Virus record (IMG/VR): IMGVR_UViG_3300044846_005309
Coordinates: 1-64,000 of that record
Reading direction: 5' to 3' (one strand)
Length of the DNA stretch: 64,000 nucleotides
DNA from: a virus
How positions within the stretch are numbered: the stretch's first letter is position 1; the number at the start of each line of letters is the position of its first letter. Shown here piece after piece: positions 38,450 through 47,668 of the stretch. The translations under genes and the position numbers were made by a program. The notes under the pieces were generated by a model. That model did not search any database, was not told the origin of the DNA, and saw only the letters and a list, made by a program, of their open reading frames with translations.

Positions 38450-39106
38450 TTATAAAATAAAGTAGGGAGAATTAAAGTTATAACTCTTGATGTATTTTAT
38501 TTTTGCGTCTCGTGTGTAAAGATTATTATATTTTATATTAAAAAGCATTTTTTCTTCAAGTGGCTCGCTATTTTCAAACTCTGTTGAAGAAAAGTCTCCA
38601 GTAATCCAGTTTACGAATAACGTACATGAATTACGAACTAAATAGAGATTCTTAGTACGTGTATTAAACGCCCAAAACGCAAATGTACCTTCTAGTTTTT
38701 CGGGACCATTTTCTATACCAAACACATCTAACATACGAGGAATAATGCAGCTATCTGTTTTTCCTGCAAAATCTTCTTCAGGATAGTGTTGTTTAGTTAA
38801 TTTTTCAAAATTACTAATAATACCGTTATGAGCTACAGCCCAGTCTTTATAGAAAAAAGGGTGATTATTGTCTTCTTCAAAACCTTTAGTTTCTACAGTA
38901 GGTCCTCGCGAATGGTAAAGATAATATATTTTAGTGTAGTTATTTGAACTAAACGGCGTTTTAAAATCCCCTAAAACTTTTTTATAGGCCTGCACCCCTG
39001 TATCATCTAGTAACATAGAACCAGAGCTATAAAAGCCTCTATTAAGGTTATCTTTATAGAGTTTATACGCTCTATCTTTATCAGTTGAGCCTGCAATACC
39101 GCACAT
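38450..39106 (-). CDS. Class II (Ntn) glutamine amidotransferase
   Basis: N-terminal 'MCGIAG', 'RG', 'HSR.PT', 'NNHPF', 'AHNGII', 'TDS'. Confidence 0.9.
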   Translation of the reverse strand: MCGIAGSTDKDRAYKLYKDNLNRGFYSSGSMLLDDTGVQAYKKVLGDFKTPFSSNNYTKIYYLYHSRGPTVETKGFEEDNNHPFFYKDWAVAHNGIISNFEKLTKQHYPEEDFAGKTDSCIIPRMLDVFGIENGPEKLEGTFAFWAFNTRTKNLYLVRNSCTLFVNWITGDFSSTEFENSEPLEEKMLFNIKYNNLYTRDAKIKYIKSYNFNSPYFIL

Positions 39107-39109
39107 AAC

Positions 39110-39820
39110 TTAGTATGGCTTACAATCAAATTTACTCCACGGTATTTCTTTTGCGTATTTAATTGGGTCTATAGTTTTATTATCTATAAAAGCTTTAATA
39201 CGCGCTGCGCATGATACGCATTCCCCGCAGGCTACTTCTTTACCTTCATAACAAGTATGGGTATGTGCAAAATTAACATTCAAATCAATACCTTCTTTTA
39301 CAACTCGATCTTTAGACCACGTCATGAATGGAGCATTTACTTTAATTGTATTTTTACGGTTAAGATTATATACATCATTGACTTTGTTTAGGAACAAAGA
39401 AGTACAGTCCCAATAACCAGAAAAGTCATCCGTTTGCACAGCCCCGTAAAATAAATCATTAGCTCCAATACTTTCAGCCCAGCCCGCAGCGGTTGTTAAA
39501 AGCAAAAGATTTCTAAAAGGTACATAACTCAAAGGCTGAGCGTTACCGATATCTTCTCGAGCCTTAGGAATCTTAAGATCAGTATTAGTAAGAGCGGACA
39601 TTTTGGATATCTCTCTAAAGAAATCCATATTGATGAGTTTATGTTCAGTCACGCCTACGTTTAGAGCTTGTGTTTTTGCACAATCAACTTCTCGGATAAT
39701 CCGTTGCCCGTAATTAAATGTAATAGCATACACTTCATTGTATGCAAGTCGTTTTGTAACATGGTGTAAAAGAATAGTACTATCCATGCCACCTGAAAGG
39801 ATGACGAGCGCTTTAGACAT
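39110..39820 (-). CDS. queC: 7-cyano-7-deazaguanine synthase
   Basis: 'LSGGMDS', 'FNYGQR', 'YVPFRN', 'GYWDC', 'TCY...CGECVSC..R'. Confidence 0.95.
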   Translation of the reverse strand: MSKALVILSGGMDSTILLHHVTKRLAYNEVYAITFNYGQRIIREVDCAKTQALNVGVTEHKLINMDFFREISKMSALTNTDLKIPKAREDIGNAQPLSYVPFRNLLLLTTAAGWAESIGANDLFYGAVQTDDFSGYWDCTSLFLNKVNDVYNLNRKNTIKVNAPFMTWSKDRVVKEGIDLNVNFAHTHTCYEGKEVACGECVSCAARIKAFIDNKTIDPIKYAKEIPWSKFDCKPY

Positions 39821-39878
39821 ATGTTTATAATAAAATATAACCTTAGAAATTCAAATGTTTTTGATAAATAATAGTATT

Positions 39879-40703
39879 ATGTCAAAGTTTGCAAATACAT
39901 TTCTTAAATCCCTTAACGAAGAAGCTGAAAAACTTCATGGCGGACAAAAAAATATCGATGTAGCAGCTCCTAAAGGCAAAATTACAGGTGCAGATTTTGC
40001 GGCTCTTCGCAAAAAGAAAGGTCTAAAGAAAGAAGGCGGTGGCGGCGGTGGCGGTGGTGGTGGCGGCGGAGGCGGGGGTGGCGGTGGTGGTGGAGGTGGA
40101 GGTGGTGGCTCATGGGAAGAAAGTGGTCGTATGAAACGAGGATTAAAGAAAGAAGAAGCAGAAGGCAATGCATTCAGCAAAGCCGTACAAGACGCAAAAG
40201 CGGCTGGCAAAAAACCAGGAGATAAAATTAAAGTAGGGGATAAGGACGTAACTCTTCGCGAAAAAAATAAAATGGCGGATAAAAAGAAAAAAGCTATGAA
40301 GGAGAATTATGAAATGGAAGCGGCGCCAGCTCCTTCAGGTGGGGAAATGTCTGATGAAGAAGCGTATAAGCGTTCGCTAGACAAAGGCACTAACCCTAGA
40401 GACTTTGATGTAGCAGACAATCCTCAGCTTAAAGTGGACTCCTCAGGGGTTGACGCGGCGCGTAATTGGATTTCTAAATTAGAAGAAATGGCTGACTTTG
40501 TAAACGGTACTGGACCGGAAAGCCTTAACTCTCAAATCAATCAACTTGAAATTAAAAACTCAATACCGTTTCGCGGAGTTGTTCGTCGGGAAGAAAAACG
40601 TATTACTAAATTAGCAGAAAACCTCCGCGGTTTAGCAGAGGTCTTCAAATCAGTCGTAATTACTTCTGAAAAGAAAGTTAAAGACGCTTCTACCCCTCGT
40701 TAA
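39879..40703 (+). CDS. Hypothetical late protein with a 25-Gly homopolymer, possible head-internal protein
   Basis: TAAATA at 39865-39870; 'MSKFANTFLKSLNEE'; poly-Gly at 40035-40109. Confidence 0.75.
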   Translation: MSKFANTFLKSLNEEAEKLHGGQKNIDVAAPKGKITGADFAALRKKKGLKKEGGGGGGGGGGGGGGGGGGGGGGGGGSWEESGRMKRGLKKEEAEGNAFSKAVQDAKAAGKKPGDKIKVGDKDVTLREKNKMADKKKKAMKENYEMEAAPAPSGGEMSDEEAYKRSLDKGTNPRDFDVADNPQLKVDSSGVDAARNWISKLEEMADFVNGTGPESLNSQINQLEIKNSIPFRGVVRREEKRITKLAENLRGLAEVFKSVVITSEKKVKDASTPR

Positions 40704-41391
40704 CGTTTAATTCATTAATAGCTTTAAAGGTCTCAGGAAATAACCCTTCGAGGCCTTTTTTTATGTCTAGAGCTATTTCTCTATGCTCTTTTTGTGTGCC
40801 CTCCGCGCAACGAAGATCAAGATAGTGAATCCAGCTACGCAAAGTACCTGACATATAGATTCTTGTTTGGGTATTCAGAGGTAGTATGATTCTTGCACAT
40901 TCTTTTGCAATACCTTTTTCAATTAATGCATTATACGCAGCTAATGACGTTTCCTGCGCGACTTTAACAATTTCTTGAAGTTCAGGAGATAGTACAACAG
41001 GATCATCTCCTACCTGTCTGTTTGTTTTTCCTTGCATTCTCCACTCTGGCGCTTCAAGCCTTGTGGCTGTAGCATATCTCTGGCTAAACTCCTGAAACGT
41101 AAATGATCTATGGCGTAGAATTTGTGCAGCAATAGCTCTAGACGTCCAAATCTCAAAAGTACAACTTACATGCTCAAAGGGGCTCCAATGCTTATGCTTA
41201 ATAAGATAGCGAATAAGCTTATGACCGGTTTCGGTGTTCATCTGGTTAGCCGGATTACTTACCCGGGCTATATACACTATAAATTGCTCCGGAGTCATAT
41301 TGAAATGGCCGTTACCGGGGTGAGGGTTCCTGAAACCTTCAGGAACCATAGGGACAAACGGCTGAGTGATTGCGATTAATTTTGTTTGCAT
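40690..41391 (-). CDS. thyX: FAD-dependent thymidylate synthase
   Basis: 'HWSPFEH', 'QILRHRSFTFQEFSQRY', 'KECAR', 'LRSWIHY..LR...TQKEHR'. Confidence 0.97.
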   Translation of the reverse strand: MQTKLIAITQPFVPMVPEGFRNPHPGNGHFNMTPEQFIVYIARVSNPANQMNTETGHKLIRYLIKHKHWSPFEHVSCTFEIWTSRAIAAQILRHRSFTFQEFSQRYATATRLEAPEWRMQGKTNRQVGDDPVVLSPELQEIVKVAQETSLAAYNALIEKGIAKECARIILPLNTQTRIYMSGTLRSWIHYLDLRCAEGTQKEHREIALDIKKGLEGLFPETFKAINELNVNEG

Positions 41392-42401
41392 TTGATTTGT
41401 GAAAATTTAATTAAACCTTTCATACCTGTATACGTATGCTTAACTATTATATTCCAATCTAGTTCATCTTGCTTGGTGTGCACGCATAAATCGTTAATAT
41501 CTTTAAACCTTTCGAGACCAGCTGGCCATAGAAAAACTTTTTCTCCTTTATCTAAAAGAGACTTAGTAACATCGTAAGAAGTGCTATCCACCCATTGATT
41601 ATCAGGTACATATACTAAAGTGTGCATAGGGAACAACGTTTGCAGACGCTCTACCTGGCCTTCAGTAGGGTTAATACCAGCCAAGGCTACACTATTGCGT
41701 AAAAACATGGCGTCAATAGGGCCTTCCTGTAAAAATATATACTCAATATCAGGTATAATCTTATCTATATTAAATATACCTTTATCTGAATTGGCTTTAG
41801 ATAAATACTTAGCTCTATCCTCGTCTACCTTATAAAGAGCGCGAGATTGATAAAATTCTATTTTAGCGCCTCCGTTGGGGCTGTAAAACGGAAACACGAC
41901 TCTATTCTTGTGCGTGTAATCTGTTAAACTTAACCACAAAGCTTTAGGACGATTAACAGCAGTATTGAGCCTTCTTTTGTTAATGAAATCTAAAGCGTCT
42001 TTGACTGTTACATTTGCGCTATAAAATGAAGTTTGATTATTATCAAATAAATTTATACTGTCATCGGGCAAACTCTTAGGGTTATATTTTTTGTATACAG
42101 AAGAGCGTTTAATAATATCTTCTATGGTGTCTGTCCGCAATTCGGACTCTGCAAGTATATCTTTTAAAGATAGACCTGTCTGTTCTTTTACAAAACTAAA
42201 CCCGTCAGTACTAGCCCCGCAATTATGACAGTAAAGATGATCTTCTTCAGGTATATAAAAAAACCGTCTCTTTTTGCCAGTGCTTTTTCCTTCATGGCAG
42301 TACGGACACTCCCCGTTATATGTACCGGTAGTTTTTTTGAATACTGGACGTTTGCAGTATTGAAAAAAAGTATTGATAACTAAATTTTGAGATATTTGCA
42401 C
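41376..42401 (-). CDS. gp61: DNA primase (T4 gp61-like)
   Basis: Zn finger CPYC...CHNC; TOPRIM 'EGPIDAMF', 'PDN', 'KDIND'. Confidence 0.92.
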   Translation of the reverse strand: MQISQNLVINTFFQYCKRPVFKKTTGTYNGECPYCHEGKSTGKKRRFFYIPEEDHLYCHNCGASTDGFSFVKEQTGLSLKDILAESELRTDTIEDIIKRSSVYKKYNPKSLPDDSINLFDNNQTSFYSANVTVKDALDFINKRRLNTAVNRPKALWLSLTDYTHKNRVVFPFYSPNGGAKIEFYQSRALYKVDEDRAKYLSKANSDKGIFNIDKIIPDIEYIFLQEGPIDAMFLRNSVALAGINPTEGQVERLQTLFPMHTLVYVPDNQWVDSTSYDVTKSLLDKGEKVFLWPAGLERFKDINDLCVHTKQDELDWNIIVKHTYTGMKGLIKFSQIKCKQN

Positions 42402-42420
42402 AGGTAAGTAACTATAGTAT

Positions 42421-42879
42421 ATGGCCTACCCTAAAAATAACAAGTACTTTCAGGGGCTATACACCCCAATAAATAAAGACAAATACAAAGGCAGTACAAA
42501 TCCATCCTACAGGTCTTCATTAGAAAAAAACTTTTTCTTATATTTTGATAAAAATCCAAACGTAGTTGCTTGGGCCAGCGAATCAATAGTTATACCTTAT
42601 TACAACGATGTAGATAAAAAAGTGCACAAATATTATATAGATCTTATAGCTGCAATAAAGAACCCAAACGGGGAAGTACAAAAGTATTTAATTGAATTAA
42701 AACCATACGCACAGACCCAGCCACCTAAGCAGTCTAACAAAAAGAAAAGTAGTACAGTATTGTATGAAAACTTAATGTACCATCAAAATCAGTGCAAATG
42801 GAAAGCCGCGCACGAATACGCGGCTAAAAAAGGTATGAAATTTATTATACTAACCGAAAAATTTCTTACAATTCATTAG
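42421..42879 (+). CDS. gp4: Head completion nuclease (T4 gp4-like, TnsA fold)
   Basis: 'YRSSLE...WASE...IPY...HKYYID...IELKP..QT.PP...KWKAA...FIILTE'; TAAGTA at 42405. Confidence 0.92.
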   Translation: MAYPKNNKYFQGLYTPINKDKYKGSTNPSYRSSLEKNFFLYFDKNPNVVAWASESIVIPYYNDVDKKVHKYYIDLIAAIKNPNGEVQKYLIELKPYAQTQPPKQSNKKKSSTVLYENLMYHQNQCKWKAAHEYAAKKGMKFIILTEKFLTIH

Positions 42880-43408
42880 GATCAAATGTGCTGTCTAGAT
42901 CCTCTTCGTCATCATAATCGCGACGCATCATACGGTCATATTTGCTAGAAAGTTCATCTTTACCAAGCTTGTCAATATCAGACAAAGAAGGTTCTTCTGG
43001 CCCTAATTCTCCTGCGCCTGGCTCCATTGAGGTTTCTTGATCAACAATTGCTTTAACTACTGCTGGGTCAAGATTAAGAGGGGTCTCTTCAGTGCTATCG
43101 ATTGCAATTGCATCAATAATTTCATCGACTGACGCATCTGGGTTATGCGCGATATAGTCCGCGACAGCAAGACGGGTGCGTTCAGTAGCCGGATCTTTAC
43201 TTAAAGTGCTGATTTCTGGCTCAGCAGACGGCTTGGAAATAGGGCCTGTAGCTCCAAGTCCAGCTTTCTTGTCTCGTTGCATTTTATAAAACTTATAATG
43301 TGGTACTCCAGGATTTTCTACTTTCCACTTTTGGAATTCTGGATTAGGCTTACGAGCTTCCGGCATGAAGTTCTCGTTAATTTGATTCGCGAGTTTGTCA
43401 AATTTCAT
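42866..43408 (-). CDS. Hypothetical acidic late protein, possible head-internal protein
   Basis: 'MKFDKLANQINE'; TAAGTA upstream. Confidence 0.7.
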   Translation of the reverse strand: MKFDKLANQINENFMPEARKPNPEFQKWKVENPGVPHYKFYKMQRDKKAGLGATGPISKPSAEPEISTLSKDPATERTRLAVADYIAHNPDASVDEIIDAIAIDSTEETPLNLDPAVVKAIVDQETSMEPGAGELGPEEPSLSDIDKLGKDELSSKYDRMMRRDYDDEEDLDSTFDPNEL

Positions 43409-43428
43409 AATAAGTATGTTATTACTTA

Positions 43429-44139
43429 TTACTTTTTGTGCAAGTTTTTATTGGATAATCCTAGTTGTTCTGAAAGAAAAGCTTGTTCATTAATGTCTTT
43501 AGTGATAAGGCTTTCGCTTTCCCCATAGAATTCACACTTCTCATTAATATACATTTTTAACATAGCTATTCTTTCTAGCGGATTACCGTAGATCGGTATA
43601 ATCGGCGGGCAGTCTTCATTATCGAAGAATTTAGAGCCGCCTTTTTGCCATGCTTTGTATAGCATTTCAAATAACACACCTATTTCCCCTCTATAAACCG
43701 GATCAATATCTCTATGCTCTTTAACAGTTAAAGTTACATCATTTTCTCTAACTAAAGGAAGATAAAATAAAACAGAATAAAATTTAAGCGCATGTCTAAC
43801 CGTAATTACGCATTTGTCAATAAAAGCTTCATCAATATCCGAAGTTTGTTTATCGTATAACCATAAAGAGTAAACCAAATTATCTAGAGGGGTACGGTCG
43901 AAAATCATTTTTTTAGATCCAACATTACCCATAGCTTCGTCAACAAGAAAATTAAGTATCGCTTCCTGAGACTCTTTAGTACCGTGCTTATTAATCGGTA
44001 GATTCTTTTCTTTAATTAAATCTCTATAAGTCTTAGTAGGGCGCTGCAACTGAGGCCATTGTAAAGTCATATCCTCAATAAGAGTACTCTTACCCACACA
44101 TTGTGTACCAATAACCCCTATCTTTTTTAATTTTGTCAT
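43429..44139 (-). CDS. P-loop nucleotide kinase/AAA_28-like ATPase
   Basis: 'GTQCVGKST', 'FDRTPLDNLVY'. Confidence 0.8.
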   Translation of the reverse strand: MTKLKKIGVIGTQCVGKSTLIEDMTLQWPQLQRPTKTYRDLIKEKNLPINKHGTKESQEAILNFLVDEAMGNVGSKKMIFDRTPLDNLVYSLWLYDKQTSDIDEAFIDKCVITVRHALKFYSVLFYLPLVRENDVTLTVKEHRDIDPVYRGEIGVLFEMLYKAWQKGGSKFFDNEDCPPIIPIYGNPLERIAMLKMYINEKCEFYGESESLITKDINEQAFLSEQLGLSNKNLHKK

Positions 44140-44363
44140 TCTAACGACTTAGGCTTTTCCGTATCATTATCAACGTAGTCTAAATGGGCATTTTCAGGTG
44201 GAAAATACCCAATACCTTTTGTAAAAAGCTCGAACTGTTCGATAAGCTCGGTAAGATTTACATCTCCGCTTAAAACTATCTCAAGCTTGCGCGGTACACT
44301 ACTACAACTTTCTAAAGTAGGGGATTGCTCAACTTCGTATATAAATTTAATTACGGTTTTCAT
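44136..44363 (-). CDS. Hypothetical protein
   Basis: 75-aa ORF, 'LTELIEQFELFTKGIGY'. Confidence 0.65.
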   Translation of the reverse strand: MKTVIKFIYEVEQSPTLESCSSVPRKLEIVLSGDVNLTELIEQFELFTKGIGYFPPENAHLDYVDNDTEKPKSLE

Positions 44364-44522
44364 TTATATAATTTCTTCCGCTATACCAATAATTTCAGCC
44401 AAAATCAATAATAGCCCGCCAGCAACTATATTACCCCCTATAAAAGCCGCCCCTGCAATAATACGCAGTATACTTTTAATAATACTAAGCTTAAAATGCC
44501 ATTCTGGATTAGGTGCTTCCAT
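44364..44522 (-). CDS. Small membrane protein (52 aa)
   Basis: Read by hand: MEAPNPEWHFKLSIIKSILRIIAGAAFIGGNIVAGGLLLILAEIIGIAEEII*; fills the gap between queE and the next gene. Confidence 0.7.
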   Translation of the reverse strand: MEAPNPEWHFKLSIIKSILRIIAGAAFIGGNIVAGGLLLILAEIIGIAEEII

Positions 44523-44526
44523 AATT

Positions 44527-45330
44527 TTATACCTTTAAGGCTTTGTCCCAGATTTGCAAATGCATACGATTGCTAAATTTGAAACAATACTTCTTGCATA
44601 TCTCAGCTACCACCGGACCGACTTTAAGTAGTTCCTCTCGAGAGCCGCACATAGGCATAATCCAGACTAACTCGCTAGGTACCGCAACATCAGGATTGTT
44701 TACGTACTTTTCTAGTACTTCAGTAAGATCAGATTCTTGCTTAGCAACAAATTTAAAGCACGCTCTCTTATCAACAAGATTACGAAGTACATCTGGTTTA
44801 AAACGCTTTTCTTCAGGGTCTCCGTTACTAGAGAGTTTAGGGGACGTGGTATAGGATACAACGCAACCTAGTTGATGCCACATTTCATCTGGCATGATAG
44901 TACCATTAGTTTCAAAGTCAATTTTAAGTACCGGCTCTTGAGGCTCTGCAGCCATAAAGTCGAATTCGTTTTCTAAGTTAAAAAAACCCCAGCGGTCTAT
45001 AATGAATCTAACAAACTCAATAAGATTCTTTTGTTGAATAAAAGGCTCTCCACCGGTAAGCTTGAGAATAGCGCCCTGCTTAAGCATCTCATGATAGTCA
45101 TGCTTTTCAAAAAGCTGGGCTATTTCTTCAAAAGTCATTCTGTTCTTTTTAGACCAGCTTACATAACTATCACAACCGAAAGGAGCATCCTCACTCTTAA
45201 ACCCAATACAAGTGAGGTTGCACATAGATAGTCTCATAAACACAGAAGGATAACCGATGTATCGGCCTTCCCCCTCGAGAGTATAAAAGACAAAATCGTC
45301 AGAAAGAAAAAGAGTTTTATCAGCGCTCAT
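44527..45330 (-). CDS. queE: 7-carboxy-7-deazaguanine synthase (radical SAM)
   Basis: 'FYTLEGEG', CxxxC-(long insert)-C 'CNLTC...CDS', 'LTGGEP', 'ETNGT', 'SPKL', 'RMHLQIW'. Confidence 0.93.
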   Translation of the reverse strand: MSADKTLFLSDDFVFYTLEGEGRYIGYPSVFMRLSMCNLTCIGFKSEDAPFGCDSYVSWSKKNRMTFEEIAQLFEKHDYHEMLKQGAILKLTGGEPFIQQKNLIEFVRFIIDRWGFFNLENEFDFMAAEPQEPVLKIDFETNGTIMPDEMWHQLGCVVSYTTSPKLSSNGDPEEKRFKPDVLRNLVDKRACFKFVAKQESDLTEVLEKYVNNPDVAVPSELVWIMPMCGSREELLKVGPVVAEICKKYCFKFSNRMHLQIWDKALKV

Positions 45331-45332
45331 AG

Positions 45333-45785
45333 TTAAATATTAAAGTACTTTTGATAAATTGCACTGTTTTGTTCGTGCTCCCAAACTTCTACTTTTTCAC
45401 ACCAGCAACGATTATCAGTCATATTTCTGACATAAGAATCAGCAAGATCGCAGCAAAGCTCAGCAAACTTCTCTATGCCTACCCCGCCATGAAGCACAAC
45501 TAGTTCAATCATTCCCTTACTCTCAAGTAGGTAAAAAGTTTCAAGATCAGGATCTTTACCCCATACTACGGTTTTATGATCAAATGTATTTTCAAGATCT
45601 CTCTTTAGTTCCTTTAGACCACCAAAATCAACTACCCAGTTGTTTTGATCTAGTTCATTGCATACAAACCAAAATTTAGCCTGTAGCCGATAACCGTGAA
45701 TATATTTGCAATGGCTTTTCGCATGAGGTTGGCGGAATGCACATGAACCTAGAGGAATTACTTTAGTGGAATAAAATTTGCCCAT
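45333..45785 (-). CDS. queD: 6-carboxytetrahydropterin synthase
   Basis: 'SHCKYIHGY', 'WVVDFGGLK', 'FDH', 'VEVWEH..NSA'; adjacent to queE. Confidence 0.92.
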   Translation of the reverse strand: MGKFYSTKVIPLGSCAFRQPHAKSHCKYIHGYRLQAKFWFVCNELDQNNWVVDFGGLKELKRDLENTFDHKTVVWGKDPDLETFYLLESKGMIELVVLHGGVGIEKFAELCCDLADSYVRNMTDNRCWCEKVEVWEHEQNSAIYQKYFNI

Positions 45786-45823
45786 ACTTATAATAGTATA
45801 AAATTAATCTTTAATTTCAACTA

Positions 45824-46177
45824 TTAAAGTAAGTTATCTATGTTTTTTTCTATCCACAATTCTAAGCTTCGCTCTTCAATATCCGCCGGGCTGCATAAAA
45901 ATGCATTACTATCTTCTGGATTAAAAAAAATACTTTTTTGTAAAGACTTCTTTTCAATAAGCTCATCAAAACTTATATAAATGCGCGCTCTTTTATCTTT
46001 TATAACTGTATTGCCTGCGAGTATAACGTATACAGAAGGTATTTCTTTAAATTCGTTAATTAACGAGTTATTAGCTAAAAAATCTATAAATTCGTCTTTT
46101 TTAGAAGAATCTTTAAAATAAAAAAACAAAGGCACGTCATCACTACTATATATTTTGTTGCGGTATTTAACCTTCAC
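45824..46177 (-). CDS. Hypothetical protein
   Basis: 117-aa ORF, GTG start, TAAGTA upstream. Confidence 0.6.
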   Translation of the reverse strand: MKVKYRNKIYSSDDVPLFFYFKDSSKKDEFIDFLANNSLINEFKEIPSVYVILAGNTVIKDKRARIYISFDELIEKKSLQKSIFFNPEDSNAFLCSPADIEERSLELWIEKNIDNLL

Positions 46178-46184
46178 TAGTAAT

Positions 46185-46196
46185 TACTTATAAATA
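46185..46196. promoter_or_regulatory. Back-to-back divergent late promoters (TACTTA|TAAATA; contains the T4 consensus TATAAATA)
   Basis: Sequence tacttataaata between divergent starts at 46177 (-) and 46203 (+). Confidence 0.65.
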
Positions 46197-46202
46197 TATA
46201 AT

Positions 46203-46832
46203 ATGAGACACGGAATTAATAAGAAAATAACTTTAAATAATGAAGTAGGGCCAATTACCGTGAATATTCCGCCTCCCATACCGGCTCAAGTTCAGACAGT
46301 AGAACCTCGAAACACTGCCCTAAGAGGTTCTTTTAAGGATTTTTATCATAGCGATATCAAATCCTTTGCTCCTACAGGAAGCTCTTTCGTAGAAAGAGCG
46401 GCTAACTATATAAAGCGTAATGAAGGAGTAAAGAATAAAATGTACCGGGATAAGGGGTTTTGGTCTATAGGTATAGGGCATTTAATAACCCCTCAAGAAT
46501 ATAATTTTTATAAAAATAGAATTCTAAGTGACAAAGAAATTTTAGATTTGTTTAATAAAGATTTGAACAAAAAAATACAATTAGCTAAAAGTCATTTTGG
46601 AGCAAAATTTGATTCTTTTTCAGAGAATTTAAAAATTGCGATTATTGACGGATATTTTAGAGGGGACCTTTCCGGTTCGCCTCGCGCAAGAGAGTTATTA
46701 CGAAGAGGGAACTACCAAGCAGCTGCAAAAGAATATTTGAATAATAAGGAATATAAAGACGCGTTAGCCTCGGGTTCAGGAGTTGCAAAACGTATGCAAC
46801 GTAATGCTGAAATAATGGCTAGAGAAAATTAA
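46203..46832 (+). CDS. Lysozyme-fold muramidase (T4 e/gp5-like)
   Basis: 'IKRNEG...MYRD.GFWSIGIGHLI', 'LFNKDL', 'YQAAAKEYL', 'RMQR'. Confidence 0.85.
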   Translation: MRHGINKKITLNNEVGPITVNIPPPIPAQVQTVEPRNTALRGSFKDFYHSDIKSFAPTGSSFVERAANYIKRNEGVKNKMYRDKGFWSIGIGHLITPQEYNFYKNRILSDKEILDLFNKDLNKKIQLAKSHFGAKFDSFSENLKIAIIDGYFRGDLSGSPRARELLRRGNYQAAAKEYLNNKEYKDALASGSGVAKRMQRNAEIMAREN

Positions 46833-47218
46833 TCTATTTTAGCAGGATTAAGCCTGTTAATAATACTAGCTAGTTTCTTTTCTATTTCAGAAGCATTTTC
46901 AATAGTCACTTCATCATCAGCAAACACCCCCATATCAGAATCATCCATAGACTTAGGATCGATTTCTAAGGCTCTTCTAATTAAGTCTACTAAAAACGCC
47001 CGACCTGGAGAAGATAACGGCTTAGGTTTTTGCTCTTTCTCCGGGTCAGGTATATCTGCTGGCATAGGAGCAGGAGCCGGTGCTGCGGGAGGCGCCATGG
47101 GAGGCTGGCCCTGAGGGCCACCGGTTTGATCTAACCCTGGCGGTGGAGCTGGTGGGGCAGGCTGCTCAGTGAGCAGATCGGTAAATACTCTGTTAACTAT
47201 AGAATCAAATTTTTTCAT
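46829..47218 (-). CDS. Pro-rich hypothetical protein, possible head-internal protein
   Basis: 'MKKFDSIVNRVFTDLLTEQ' followed by a Pro/Ala-rich linker. Confidence 0.7.
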   Translation of the reverse strand: MKKFDSIVNRVFTDLLTEQPAPPAPPPGLDQTGGPQGQPPMAPPAAPAPAPMPADIPDPEKEQKPKPLSSPGRAFLVDLIRRALEIDPKSMDDSDMGVFADDEVTIENASEIEKKLASIINRLNPAKID

Positions 47219-47220
47219 TA

Positions 47221-47595
47221 TTAAAGGGTACCACCTAAAGGTGAACTAGCACTTGATGTACTCGCGCCTTTTATTGTCGCTTGAAGAGCTTTAATTCTAT
47301 CATTCATCATCTTTTGTTGAGCTGGAAAATCATTCGCAGCTTTTTGTAATGCAGCTAACTCAGCTTGAGCAGCTTTAGCTTGAGCCTCTTTAGCTTTTTT
47401 AGCAGCGGCTTGCTGCATGGCTACTACCTTAGGATCAACACCCCCTGTAGCTGCTCCTGGTTGAGGTGTTACCGGTAAAGTGCCTGGATTAGCGCCAGCT
47501 GGAGTAGATGTAGTTGGTTGCCCGCCCATATTATATTCTTCCAACATCTTAAAAAATTTACTCTTGGCTTTAACTTTTTGATAAATCTTATCCAT
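47221..47595 (-). CDS. Ala/Gln-rich hypothetical late protein
   Basis: 'SKFFKMLEE'; TAAGTA upstream. Confidence 0.7.
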   Translation of the reverse strand: MDKIYQKVKAKSKFFKMLEEYNMGGQPTTSTPAGANPGTLPVTPQPGAATGGVDPKVVAMQQAAAKKAKEAQAKAAQAELAALQKAANDFPAQQKMMNDRIKALQATIKGASTSSASSPLGGTL

Positions 47596-47639
47596 ATTTA
47601 TTATACTTACTAGTTTCTAACTATTTTGTAAACTCTTAG

Positions 47640-47668
47640 TTGATTTTTTTGTATATGATTTTTATAAT
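47640..47668 (+). promoter_or_regulatory. Near-consensus sigma70 promoter with no downstream ORF
   Basis: TTGATT (47640-45)-N17-TATAAT (47663-68). Confidence 0.65.

Noticed and set aside
39935-40210. Poly-Pro and His/Arg-rich ORFs on the - strand
   Set aside because: Antisense shadows of the poly-Gly tract in the + strand gene.
42421-42879. TnsA-like transposase or mobile element
   Set aside because: Motifs match the T4 gp4 head-completion family; late promoter; no transposon ends or partner genes.
44287-44538. 83-aa + strand ORF
   Set aside because: Antisense to two better-supported - strand genes in the queE operon.
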